Positions 1 to 12,000 of a DNA stretch of 64,000 bases are shown one piece after another. The position numbers were made by a program, and so were the translations under genes. The stretch is from Squalus acanthias (lineage: Eukaryota). The notes under the pieces are model-generated. The model made no database searches. It saw nothing but the letters and a program-made list of their open reading frames with translations, and was not told the DNA's origin. Every line of letters begins with the position of its first letter. Within the stretch, counting starts at the first letter, position 1. The stretch is taken from positions 1 to 64,000 of the forward strand of contig JASTWF010000327.1 in assembly GCA_030390025.1 (NCBI GenBank), read 5' to 3'.

Positions 1-3000
1 AAGGGATGAAGGAGGCGAGTGTGCAGTGGAGAGTCAGGGTCGGGCTAGGTCACTGAGGGATGAAGGAGGCGAGTGTGCAGTGGAGAGTCAGGGTCGGGCT
101 AGGTCACTGAGGGATGAAGGAGGCGAGTGTGCAGTGGAGAGTCAGGGTCGGGCTAGGTCACTGAGGGATGAAGGAGGCGAGTGTGCAGTGGAGAGTCAGG
201 GTCGGGCTAGGTCACTGAGGGATGAAGGAGGCGAGTGTGCAGTGGAGAGTCAGGGTCGGGCTAGGTCACTGAGGGATGAAGGAGGCGAGTGTGCAGTGGA
301 GAGTCAGGGTCGGGCTAGGTCACTGAGGGATGAAGGAGGCGAGTGTGCAGTGGAGAGTCAGGGTCGGGCTAGGTCACTGAGGGATGAAGGAGGCGAGTGT
401 GCAGTGGAGAGTCAGGGTCGGGCTAGGTCACTGAGGGATGAAGGAGGCGAGTGTGCAGTGGAGAGTCAGGGTCGGGCTAGGTCACTGAGGGATGAAGGAG
501 GCGAGTGTGCAGTGGAGAGTCAGGGTCGGGCTAGGTCACTGAGGGATGAAGGAGGCGAGTGTGCAGTGGAGAGTCAGGGTCGGGCTAGGTCACTGAGGGA
601 TGAAGGAGGCGAGTGTGCAGTGGAGAGTCAGGGTCGGGCTAGGTCACTGAGGGATGAAGGAGGCGAGTGTGCAGTGGAGAGTCAGGGTCGGGCTAGGTCA
701 CTGAGGGATGAAGGAGGCGAGTGTGCAGTGGAGAGTCAGGGTCGGGCTAGGTCACTGAGGGATGAAGGAGGCGAGTGTGCAGTGGAGAGTCAGGGTCGGG
801 CTAGGTCACTGAGGGATGAAGGAGGCGAGTGTGCAGTGGAGAGTCAGGTCGGGGTCGGGCTAGGGTCACTGAGGGATGAAGGAGGCGAGTGTGCAGTGGA
901 GAGTCAGGGTCGGGCTAGGTCACTGAGGGATGAAGGAGGCGAGTGTGCAGTGGAGAGTCAGGGTCGGGCTAGGTCACTGAGGGATGAAGGAGGCGAGTGT
1001 GCAGTGGAGAGTCAGGGTCGGGCTAGGTCACTGAGGGATGAAGGAGGCGAGTGTGCAGTGGAGAGTCAGGGTCGGGCTAGGTCACTGGGATGAAGGAGGC
1101 GAGTGTGCAGTGGAGAGTCAGGGTCGGGCTAGGTCACTGAGGGATGAAGGAGGCGAGTGTGCAGTGGAGAGTCAGGGTCGGGCTAGGTCACTGAGGGATG
1201 AAGGAGGGAGAGTGTGCAGTGGAGAGTCAGGGTCGGGCTAGGTCACTGAGGGATGAAGGAGGCGAGTGTGCAGTGGAGAGTCAGGGTCGGGCTAGGTCAC
1301 TGAGGGATGAAGGAGGCGAGTGTGCAGTGGAGAGTCAGGGTCGGGCTAGGTCACTGAGGGATGAAGGAGGCGAGTGTGCAGTGGAGAGTCAGGGTCGGGC
1401 TAGGTCACTGAGGGATGAAGGAGGCGAGTGTGCAGTGGAGAGTCAGGGTCGGGCTAGGTCACTGAGGGATGAAGGAGGCGAGTGTGCAGTGGAGAGTCAG
1501 GGTCGGGCTAGGTCACTGAGGGATGAAGGAGGCGAGTGTGCAGTGGAGAGTCAGGGTCGGGCTAGGTCACTGAGGGATGAAGGAGGCGAGTGTGCAGTGG
1601 AGAGTCAGGGTCGGGCTAGGTCACTGAGGGATGAAGGAGGCGAGTGTGCAGTGGAGAGTCAGGGTCGGGCTAGGTCACTGAGGGATGAAGGAGGCGTGTG
1701 TGCAGTGGAGAGTCAGGGTCGGGCTAGGTCACTGAGGGATGAAGGAGGCGAGTGTGCAGTGGAGAGTCAGGGTCGGGCTAGGTCACTGAGGGATGAAGGA
1801 GGCGAGTGTGTGCAGTGGAGAGTCAGGGTCGGGCTAGGTCACTGAGGGATGAAGGAGGCGAGTGTGCAGTGGAGAGTCAGGGTCGGGCTAGGTCACTGAG
1901 GGATGAAGGAGGCGAGTGTGCAGTGGAGAGTCAGGGTCGGGCTAGGTCACTGAGGGATGAAGGAGGCGAGAGTGTGCAGTGGAGAGTCAGGGTCGGGCTA
2001 GGTCACTGAGGGATGAAGGAGGCGAGTGTGCAGTGGAGAGTCAGGGTCGGGCTAGGTCACTGAGGGATGAAGGAGGCGAGTGTGCAGTGGAGAGTCAGGG
2101 TCGGGCTAGGTCACTGAGGGATGAAGGAGGCGAGTGTGCAGTGGAGAGTCAGGGTCGGGCTAGGTCACTGAGGGATGAAGGAGGCGAGTGTGCAGTGGAG
2201 AGTCAGGGTCGGGCTAGGTCACTGAGGGATGAAGGAGGCGAGTGTGCAGTGGAGAGTCAGGGTCGGGCTAGGTCACTGAGGGATGAAGGAGGCGAGTGTG
2301 CAGTGGAGAGTCAGGGTCGGGCTAGGTCACTGAGGGATGAAGGAGGCGAGTGTGCAGTGGAGAGTCAGGGTCGGGCTAGGTCACTGAGGGATGAAGGAGG
2401 CGAGTGTGCAGTGGAGAGTCAGGGTCGGGCTAGGTCACTGAGGGATGAAGGAGGCGAGTGTGCAGTGGAGAGTCAGGGTCGGGCTAGGTCACTGAGGGAT
2501 GAAGGAGGCGAGTGTGCAGTGGAGAGTCAGGGTCGGGCTAGGTCACTGAGGGATGAAGGAGGCGAGTGTGCAGTGGAGAGTCAGGGTCGGGCTAGGTCAC
2601 TGAGGGATGAAGGAGGCGAGTGTGCAGTGGAGAGTCAGGGTCGGGCTAGGTCACTGAGGGATGAAGGAGGCGAGTGTGCAGTGGAGAGTCAGGGTCGGGC
2701 TAGGTCACTGAGGGATGAAGGAGGCGAGTGTGCAGTGGAGAGTCAGGGTCGGGCTAGGTCACTGAGGGATGAAGGAGGCGAGTGTGCAGTGGAGAGTCAG
2801 GGTCGGGCTAGGTCACTGAGGGATGAAGGAGGCGAGTGTGCAGTGGAGAGTCAGGGTCGGGCTAGGTCACTGAGGGATGAAGGAGGCGAGTGTGCAGTGG
2901 AGAGTCAGGGTCGGGCTAGGTCACTGAGGGATGAAGGAGGCGAGTGTGCAGTGGAGAGTCAGGGTCGGGCTAGGTCACTGAGGGATGAAGGAGGCGAGTG

Positions 3001-6000
3001 TGCAGTGGAGAGTCAGGGTCGGGCTAGGTCACTGAGGGATGAAGGAGGCGAGTGTGCAGTGGAGAGTCAGGGTCGGGCTAGGTCACTGAGGGATGAAGGA
3101 GGCGAGTGTGCAGTGGAGAGTCAGGGTCGGGCTAGGTCACTGAGGGATGAAGGAGGCGAGTGTGCAGTGGAGAGTCAGGGTCGGGCTAGGTCACTGAGGG
3201 ATGAAGGAGGCGAGTGTGCAGTGGAGAGTCAGGGTCGGGCTAGGTCACTGAGGGATGAAGGAGGCGAGTGTGCAGTGGAGAGTCAGGGTCGGGCTAGGTC
3301 ACTGAGGGATGAAGGAGGCGAGTGTGCAGTGGAGAGTCAGGGTCGGGCTAGGTCACTGAGGGATGAAGGAGGCGAGTGTGCAGTGGAGAGTCAGGGTCGG
3401 GCTAGGTCACTGAGGGATGAAGGAGGCGAGTGTGCAGTGGAGAGTCAGGGTCGGGCTAGGTCACTGAGGGATGAAGGAGGCGAGTGTGCAGTGGAGAGTC
3501 AGGGTCGGGCTAGGTCACTGAGGGATGAAGGAGGCGAGTGTGCAGTGGAGAGTCAGGGTCGGGCTAGGTCACTGAGGGATGAAGGAGGCGAGTGTGCAGT
3601 GGAGAGTCAGGGTCGGGCTAGGTCACTGAGGGATGAAGGAGGCGAGTGTGCAGTGGAGAGTCAGGGTCGGGCTAGGTCACTGAGGGATGAAGGAGGCGAG
3701 TGTGCAGTGGAGAGTCAGGGTCGGGCTAGGTCACTGAGGGATGAAGGAGGCGAGTGTGCAGTGGAGAGTCAGGGTCGGGCTAGGTCACTGAGGGATGAAG
3801 GAGGCGAGTGTGCAGTGGAGAGTCAGGGTCGGGCTAGGTCACTGAGGGATGAAGGAGGCGAGTGTGCAGTGGAGAGTCAGGGTCGGGCTAGGGACTGATG
3901 GAAGGAGGCGAGTGTGCAGTGGAGAGTCAGGGTCGGGCTAGGTCACTGAGGGATGAAGGAGGCGAGTGTGCAGTGGAGAGTCAGGGTCGGGCTAGGTCAC
4001 TGAGGGATGAAGGAGGCGAGTGTGCAGTGGAGAGTCAGGGTCGGGCTAGGTCACTGAGGGATGAAGGAGGCGAGTGTGCAGTGGAGAGTCAGGGTCGGGC
4101 TAGGTCACTGAGGGATGAAGGAGGCGAGTGTGCAGTGGAGAGTCAGGGTCGGGCTAGGTCACTGAGGGATGAAGGAGGCGAGTGTGCAGTGGAGAGTCAG
4201 GGTCGGGCTAGGTCACTGAGGGATGAAGGAGGCGAGTGTGCAGTGGAGAGTCAGGGTCGGGCTAGGTCACTGAGGGATGAAGGAGGCGAGTGTGCAGTGG
4301 AGAGTCAGGGTCGGGCTAGGTCACTGAGGGATGAAGGAGGCGAGTGTGCAGTGGAGAGTCAGGGTCGGGCTAGGTCACTGAGGGATGAAGGAGGCGAGTG
4401 TGCAGTGGAGAGTCAGGGTCGGGCTAGGTCACTGAGGGATGAAGGAGGCGAGTGTGCAGTGGAGAGTCAGGGTCGGGCTAGGTCACTGAGGGATGAAGGA
4501 GGCGAGTGTGCAGTGGAGAGTCAGGGTCGGGCTAGGTCACTGAGGGATGAAGGAGGCGAGTGTGCAGTGGAGAGTCAGGGTCGGGCTAGGTCACTGAGGG
4601 ATGAAGGAGGCGAGTGTGCAGTGGAGAGTCAGGGTCGGGCTAGGTCACTGAGGGATGAAGGAGGCGAGTGTGCAGTGGAGAGTCAGGGTCGGGCTAGGTC
4701 ACTGAGGGATGAAGGAGGCGAGTGTGCAGTGGAGAGTCAGGGTCGGGCTAGGTCACTGAGGGATGAAGGAGGCGAGTGTGCAGTGGAGAGTCAGGGTCGG
4801 GCTAGGTCACTGAGGGATGAAGGAGGCGAGTGTGCAGTGGAGAGTCAGGGTCGGGCTAGGTCACTGAGGGATGAAGGAGGCGAGTGTGCAGTGGAGAGTC
4901 AGGGTCGGGCTAGGTCACTGAGGGATGAAGGAGGCGAGTGTGCAGTGGAGAGTCAGGGTCGGGCTAGGTCACTGAGGGATGAAGGAGGCGAGTGTGCAGT
5001 GGAGAGTCAGGGTCGGGCTAGGTCACTGAGGGATGAAGGAGGCGAGTGTGCAGTGGAGAGTCAGGGTCGGGCTAGGTCACTGAGGGATGAAGGAGGCGAG
5101 TGTGCAGTGGAGAGTCAGGGTCGGGCTAGGTCACTGAGGGATGAAGGAGGCGAGTGTGCAGTGGAGAGTCAGGGTCGGGCTAGGTCACTGAGGGATGAAG
5201 GAGGCGAGTGTGCAGTGGAGAGTCAGGGTCGGGCTAGGTCACTGAGGGATGAAGGAGGCGAGTGTGCAGTGGAGAGTCAGGGTCGGGCTAGGTCACTGAG
5301 GGATGAAGGAGGCGAGTGTGCAGTGGAGAGTCAGGGTCGGGCTAGGTCACTGAGGGATGAAGGAGGCGAGTGTGCAGTGGAGAGTCAGGGTCGGGCTAGG
5401 TCACTGAGGGATGAAGGAGGCGAGTGTGCAGTGGAGAGTCAGGGTCGGGCTAGGTCACTGAGGGATGAAGGAGGCGAGTGTGCAGTGGAGAGTCAGGGTC
5501 GGGCTAGGTCACTGAGGGATGAAGGAGGCGAGTGTGCAGTGGAGAGTCAGGGTCGGGCTAGGTCACTGAGGGATGAAGGAGGCGAGTGTGCAGTGGAGAG
5601 TCAGGGTCGGGCTAGGTCACTGAGGGATGAAGGAGGCGAGTGTGCAGTGGAGAGTCAGGGTCGGGCTAGGTCACTGAGGGATGAAGGAGGCGAGTGTGCA
5701 GTGGAGAGTCAGGGTCGGGCTAGGTCACTGAGGGATGAAGGAGGCGAGTGTGCAGTGGAGAGTCAGGGTCGGGCTAGGTCACTGAGGGATGAAGGAGGGC
5801 GAGTGTGCAGTGGAGAGTCAGGGTCGGGCTAGGTCACTGAGGGATGAAGGAGGCGAGTGTGCAGTGGAGAGTCAGGGTCGGGCTAGGTCACTGAGGGATG
5901 AAGGAGGCGAGTGTGCAGTGGAGAGTCAGGGTCGGGCTAGGTCACTGAGGGATGAAGGAGGCGAGTGTGCAGTGGAGAGTCAGGGTCGGGCTAGGTCACT

Positions 6001-9000
6001 GAGGGATGAAGGAGGCGAGTGTGCAGTGGAGAGTCAGGGTCGGGCTAGGTCACTGAGGGATGAAGGAGGCGAGTGTGCAGTGGAGAGTCAGGGTCGGGCT
6101 AGGTCACTGAGGGATGAAGGAGGCGAGTGTGCAGTGGAGAGTCAGGGTCGGGCTAGGTCACTGAGGGATGAAGGAGGCGAGTGTGCAGTGGAGAGTCAGG
6201 GTCGGGCTAGGTCACTGAGAGGATGAAGGAGGCGAGTGTGCAGTGGAGAGTCAGGGTCGGGCTAGGTCACTGAGGGATGAAGGAGGCGAGTGTGCAGTGG
6301 AGAGTCAGGGTCGGGCTAGGTCACTGAGGGATGAAGGAGGCGAGTGTGCAGTGGAGAGTCAGGGTCGGGCTAGGTCACTGAGGGATGAAGGAGGCGAGTG
6401 TGCAGTGGAGAGTCAGGGTCGGGCTAGGTCACTGAGGGATGAAGGAGGCGAGTGTGCAGTGGAGAGTCAGGGTCGGGCTAGGTCACTGAGGGATGAAGGA
6501 GGCGAGTGTGCAGTGGAGAGTCAGGGTCGGGCTAGGTCACTGAGGGATGAAGGAGGCGTGTGTGCAGTGGAGAGTCAGGGTCGGGCTAGGTCACTGAGGG
6601 ATGAAGGAGGCGAGTGTGCAGTGGAGAGTCAGGGTCGGGCTAGGTCACTGAGGGATGAAGGAGGCGAGTGTGCAGTGGAGAGTCAGGGTCGGGCTAGGTC
6701 ACTGAGGGATGAAGGAGGCGAGTGTGCAGTGGAGAGTCAGGGTCGGGCTAGGTCACTGAGGGATGAAGGAGGCGAGTGTGCAGTGGAGAGTCAGGGTCGG
6801 GCTAGGTCACTGAGGGATGAAGGAGGCGAGTGTGCAGTGGAGAGTCAGGGTCGGGCTAGGTCACTGAGGGATGAAGGAGGCGAGTGTGCAGTGGAGAGTC
6901 AGGGTCGGGCTAGGTCACTGAGGGATGAAGGAGGCGAGTGTGCAGTGGAGAGTCAGGGTCGGGCTAGGTCACTGAGGGATGAAGGAGGCGAGTGTGCAGT
7001 GGAGAGTCAGGGTCGGGCTAGGTCACTGAGGGATGAAGGAGGCGAGTGTGCAGTGGAGAGTCAGGGTCGGGCTAGGTCACTGAGGGATGAAGGAGGCGAG
7101 TGTGCAGTGGAGAGTCAGGGTCGGGCTAGGTCACTGAGGGATGAAGGAGGCGAGTGTGCAGTGGAGAGTCAGGGTCGGGCTAGGTCACTGAGGGATGAAG
7201 GAGGCGAGTGTGCAGTGGAGAGTCAGGGTCGGGCTAGGTCACTGAGGGATGAAGGAGGCGAGTGTGCAGTGGAGAGTCAGGGTCGGGCTAGGTCACTGAG
7301 GGATGAAGGAGGCGAGTGTGCAGTGGAGAGTCAGGGTCGGGCTAGGTCACTGAGGGATGAAGGAGGCGAGTGTGCAGTGGAGAGTCAGGGTCGGGCTAGG
7401 TCACTGAGGGATGAAGGAGGCGAGTGTGCAGTGGAGAGTCAGGGTCGGGCTAGGTCACTGAGGGATGAAGGAGGCGCGAGTGTGCAGTGGAGAGTCAGGG
7501 TCGGGCTAGGTCACTGAGGGATGAAGGAGGCGTGTGTGCAGTGGAGAGTCAGGGTCGGGCTAGGTCACTGAGGGATGAAGGAGGCGAGTGTGCAGTGGAG
7601 AGTCAGGGTCGGGCTAGGTCACTGAGGGATGAAGGAGGCGAGTGTGCAGTGGAGAGTCAGGGTCGGGCTAGGTCACTGAGGGATGAAGGAGGCGAGTGTG
7701 CAGTGGAGAGTCAGGGTCGGGCTAGGTCACTGAGGGATGAAGGAGGCGAGTGTGCAGTGGAGAGTCAGGGTCGGGCTAGGTCACTGAGGGATGAAGGAGG
7801 CGAGTGTGCAGTGGAGAGTCAGGGTCGGGCTAGGTCACTGAGGGATGAAGGAGGCGAGTGTGCAGTGGAGAGTCAGGGTCGGGCTAGGTCACTGAGGGAT
7901 GAAGGAGGCGAGTGTGCAGTGGAGAGTCAGGGTCGGGCTAGGTCACTGAGGGATGAAGGAGGCGAGTGTGCAGTGGAGAGTCAGGGTCGGGCTAGGTCAC
8001 TGAGGGATGAAGGAGGCGAGTGTGCAGTGGAGAGTCAGGGTCGGGCTAGGTCACTGAGGGATGAAGGAGGCGAGTGTGCAGTGGAGAGTCAGGGTCGGGC
8101 TAGGTCACTGAGGGATGAAGGAGGCGAGTGTGCAGTGGAGAGTCAGGGTCGGGCTAGGTCACTGAGGGATGAAGGAGGCGAGTGTGCAGTGGAGAGTCAG
8201 GGGGGGGGCTAGGTCACTGAGGGATGAAGGAGGCGAGTGTGCAGTGGAGAGTCAGGGTCGGGCTAGGTCACTGAGGGATGAAGGAGGCGAGTGTGCAGTG
8301 GAGAGTCAGGGTCGGGCTAGGTCACTGAGGGATGAAGGAGGCGAGTAGTGGCGAGTGTGCAGTGGAGAGTCAGGGTCGGGTCGGGTCACTGAGGGATGAA
8401 GGAGGCGAGTGTGCAGTGGAGAGTCAGGGTCGGGCTAGGTCACTGAGGGATGAAGGAGGCGAGTGTGCAGTGGAGAGTCAGGGTCGGGCTAGGTCACTGA
8501 GGGATGAAGGAGGCGAGTGTGCAGTGGAGAGTGGGTCGGGCTAGGTCACTGAGGGATGAAGGAGGCGAGTGTGCAGTGGAGAGTCAGGGTCGGGCTAGGT
8601 CACTGAGGGATAAAATAGGCGAGTGTGCAGTGGAGAGTCAGGGTCGGGCTAGGTCACTGAGGGATGAAGGAGGCGAGTGTGCAGTGGAGAGTCAGGGTCG
8701 GGCTAGGTCACTGAGGGATGAAGGAGGCGAGTGTGCAGTGGAGAGTCAGGGTCGGGCTAGGTCACTGAGGGATGAAGGGGCGAGTGTGCAGTGGAGAGTC
8801 AGGGTCGGGCTAGGTCACTGAGGGATGAAGGAGGCGAGTGTGCAGTGGAGAGTCAGGGTCGGGCTAGGTCACTGAGGGATGAAGGAGGCGAGTGTGCAGT
8901 GGAGAGTCAGGGTCGGGCTAGGTCACTGAGGGATGAAGGAGGCGAGAGTGTGCAGTGGAGAGTCAGGGTCGGGCTAGGTCACTGAGGGATGAGGAGGGAG

Positions 9001-12000
9001 CGAGTGTGCAGTGGAGAGTCAGGGTCGGGCTAGGTCACTGAGGGATGAAGGAGGCGAGTGTGCAGTGGAGAGTCAGGGTCGGGCTAGGTCACTGAGGGAT
9101 GAAGGAGGCGAGTGTGCAGTGGAGAGTCAGGGTCGGGCTAGGTCACTGAGGGATGAAGGAGGCGAGTGTGCAGTGGAGAGTCAGGGTCGGGCTAGGTCAC
9201 TGAGGGATGAAGGAGGCGAGTGTGCAGTGGAGAGTCAGGGTCGGGCTAGGTCACTGAGGGATGAAGGAGGCGAGTGTGCAGTGGAGAGTCAGGGTCGGGC
9301 TAGGTCACTGAGGGATGAAGGAGGCGAGTGTGCAGTGGAGAGTCAGGGTCGGGCTAGGTCACTGAGGGATGAAGGAGGCGAGTGTGCAGTGGAGAGTCAG
9401 GGTCGGGCTAGGTCACTGAGGGATGAAGGAGGCGAGTGTGCAGTGGAGAGTCAGGGTCGGGCTAGGTCACTGAGGGATGAAGGAGGCGAGTGTGCAGTGG
9501 AGAGTCAGGGTCGGGCTAGGTCACTGAGGGATGAAGGAGGCGAGTGTGCAGTGGAGAGTCAGGGTCGGGCTAGGTCACTGAGGGATGAAGGAGGCGAGTG
9601 TGCAGTGGAGAGTCAGGGTCGGGCTAGGTCACTGAGGGATGAAGGAGGCGAGTGTGCAGTGGAGAGTCAGGGTCGGGCTAGGTCACTGAGGGATGAAGGA
9701 GGCGAGTGTGCAGTGGAGAGTCAGGGTCGGGCTAGGGAGATGAAGGAGGCGAGTGTGCAGTGGAGAGTCAGGGTCGGGCTAGGTCACTGAGGGATGAAGG
9801 AGGCGAGTGTGCAGTGGAGAGTCAGGGTCGGGCTAGGTCACTGAGGGATGAAGGAGGCGAGTGTAGTGTGCAGTGGAGAGTCAGGGTCGGGCTAGGTCAC
9901 TGAGGGATGAAGGAGGCGAGTGTGCAGTGGAGAGTCAGGGTCGGGCTAGGTCACTGAGGGATGAAGGAGGCGAGTGTGCAGTGGAGAGTCAGGGTCGGGC
10001 TAGGTCACTGAGGGATGAAGGAGGCGAGTGTGCAGTGGAGAGTCAGGGTCGGGCTAGGTCACTGAGGGATGAAGGAGGCGAGTGTGCAGTGGAGAGTCAG
10101 GGTCGGGCTAGGTCACTGAGGGATGAAGGAGGCGAGTGTGCAGTGGAGAGTCAGGGTCGGGCTAGGTCACTGAGGGATGAAGGAGGCGAGTGTGCAGTGG
10201 AGAGTCAGGGTCGGGCTAGGTCACTGAGGATGAAGGAGCGGAGGCGAGTGTGCAGTGGAGAGTCAGGGTCGGGCTAGGTCACTGAGGGATGAAGGAGGCG
10301 AGTGTGCAGTGGAGAGTCAGGGTCGGGCTAGGTCACTGAGGGATGAAGGAGGCGAGTGTGCAGTGGAGAGTCAGGGTCGGGCTAGGTCACTGAGGGATGA
10401 AGGAGGCGAGTGTGCAGTGGAGAGTCAGGGTCGGGCTAGGTCACTGAGGGATGAAGGAGGCGAGTGTGCAGTGGAGAGTCAGGGTCGGGCTAGGTCACTG
10501 AGGGATGAAGGAGGCGAGTGTGCAGTGGAGAGTCAGGGTCGGGCTAGGTCACTGAGGGATGAAGGAGGCGAGTGTGCAGTGGAGAGTCAGGGTCGGGCTA
10601 GGTCACTGAGGGATGAAGGGGAAGGCGAGTCACTTGGGATATGGAGGAGGTGCAGTGGAGAGTCAGGGTCGGGCTAGGTCACTGAGGGATGAAGGAGGGC
10701 GAGTGTGCAGTGGAGAGTCAGGGTCGGGCTAGGTCACTGAGGGATGAAGGAGGCGAGTGTGCAGTGGAGAGTCAGGGTCGGGCTAGGTCACTGAGGGATG
10801 AAGGAGGCGAGTGTGCAGTGGAGAGTCAGGGTCGGGCTAGGTCACTGAGGGATGAAGGAGGCGAGTGTGTGCAGTGGAGAGTCAGGGTCGGGCTAGGTCA
10901 CTGAGGGATGAAGGAGGCGAGTGTGCAGTGGAGAGTCAGGGTCGGGCTAGGTCACTGAGGGATGAAGGAGGCGAGTGTGCAGTGGAGAGTCAGGGTCGGG
11001 CTAGGTCACTGAGGGATGAAGGAGGCGAGTGTGCAGTGGAGAGTCAGGGTCGGGCTAGGTCACTGAGGGATGAAGGAGGCGAGTGTGCAGTGGAGAGTCA
11101 GGGTCGGGCTAGGTCACTGAGGGATGAAGGAGGCGAGTGTGCAGTGGAGAGTCAGGGTCGGGCTAGGTCACTGAGGGATGAAGGAGGCGAGTGTGCAGTG
11201 GAGAGTCAGGGTCGGGCTAGGTCACTGAGGGATGAAGGAGGCGAGTGTGCAGTGGAGAGTCAGGGTCGGGCTAGGTCACTGAGGGATGAAGGAGGCGAGT
11301 GTGCAGTGGAGAGTCAGGGTCGGGCTAGGTCACTGAGGGATGAGGAGGCGAGTAGAGTGTGCAGTGGAGAGTCAGGGTAGGGCTAGGTCATGAGGTTGTG
11401 ATGAGAGCAGGTCGAGAGAAGCGGTCACTGGAGAAGAAGGAGCGAGTGTGCAGTGGAGAGTCAGGGTCGGGCTAGGTCACTGAGGGATGAAGGAGGCGAG
11501 TGTGCAGTGGAGAGTCAGGGGGGGCTAGGTCACTGAGGGATGAAGGAGGCGAGTGTGCAGTGGAGAGTCAGGGTCGGGCTAGGTCACTGAGGGATGAAGG
11601 AGGCGAGTGTGCAGTGGAGAGTCAGGGTCGGGCTAGGTCACTGAGGGATGAAGGAGGCGAGTGTGCAGTGGAGAGTCAGGGTCGGGCTAGGTCACTGAGG
11701 GATGAAGGAGGCGAGTGTGCAGTGGAGAGTCAGGGTCGGGCTAGGTCACTGAGGGATGAAGGAGGCGAGTGTGCAGTGGAGAGTCAGGGTCGGGCTAGGT
11801 CACTGAGGGATGAAGGAGGCGAGTGTGCAGTGGAGAGTCAGGGTCGGCTAGGTCACTGAGGGATGAAGGAGGCGAGTGTGCAGTGGAGAGTCAGGGTCGG
11901 GCTAGGTCACTGAGGGATGAAGGAGGCGAGTGTGCAGTGGAGAGTCAGGGTCGGGCTAGGTCACTGAGGGATGAAGGAGGCGAGTGTGCAGTGGAGAGTC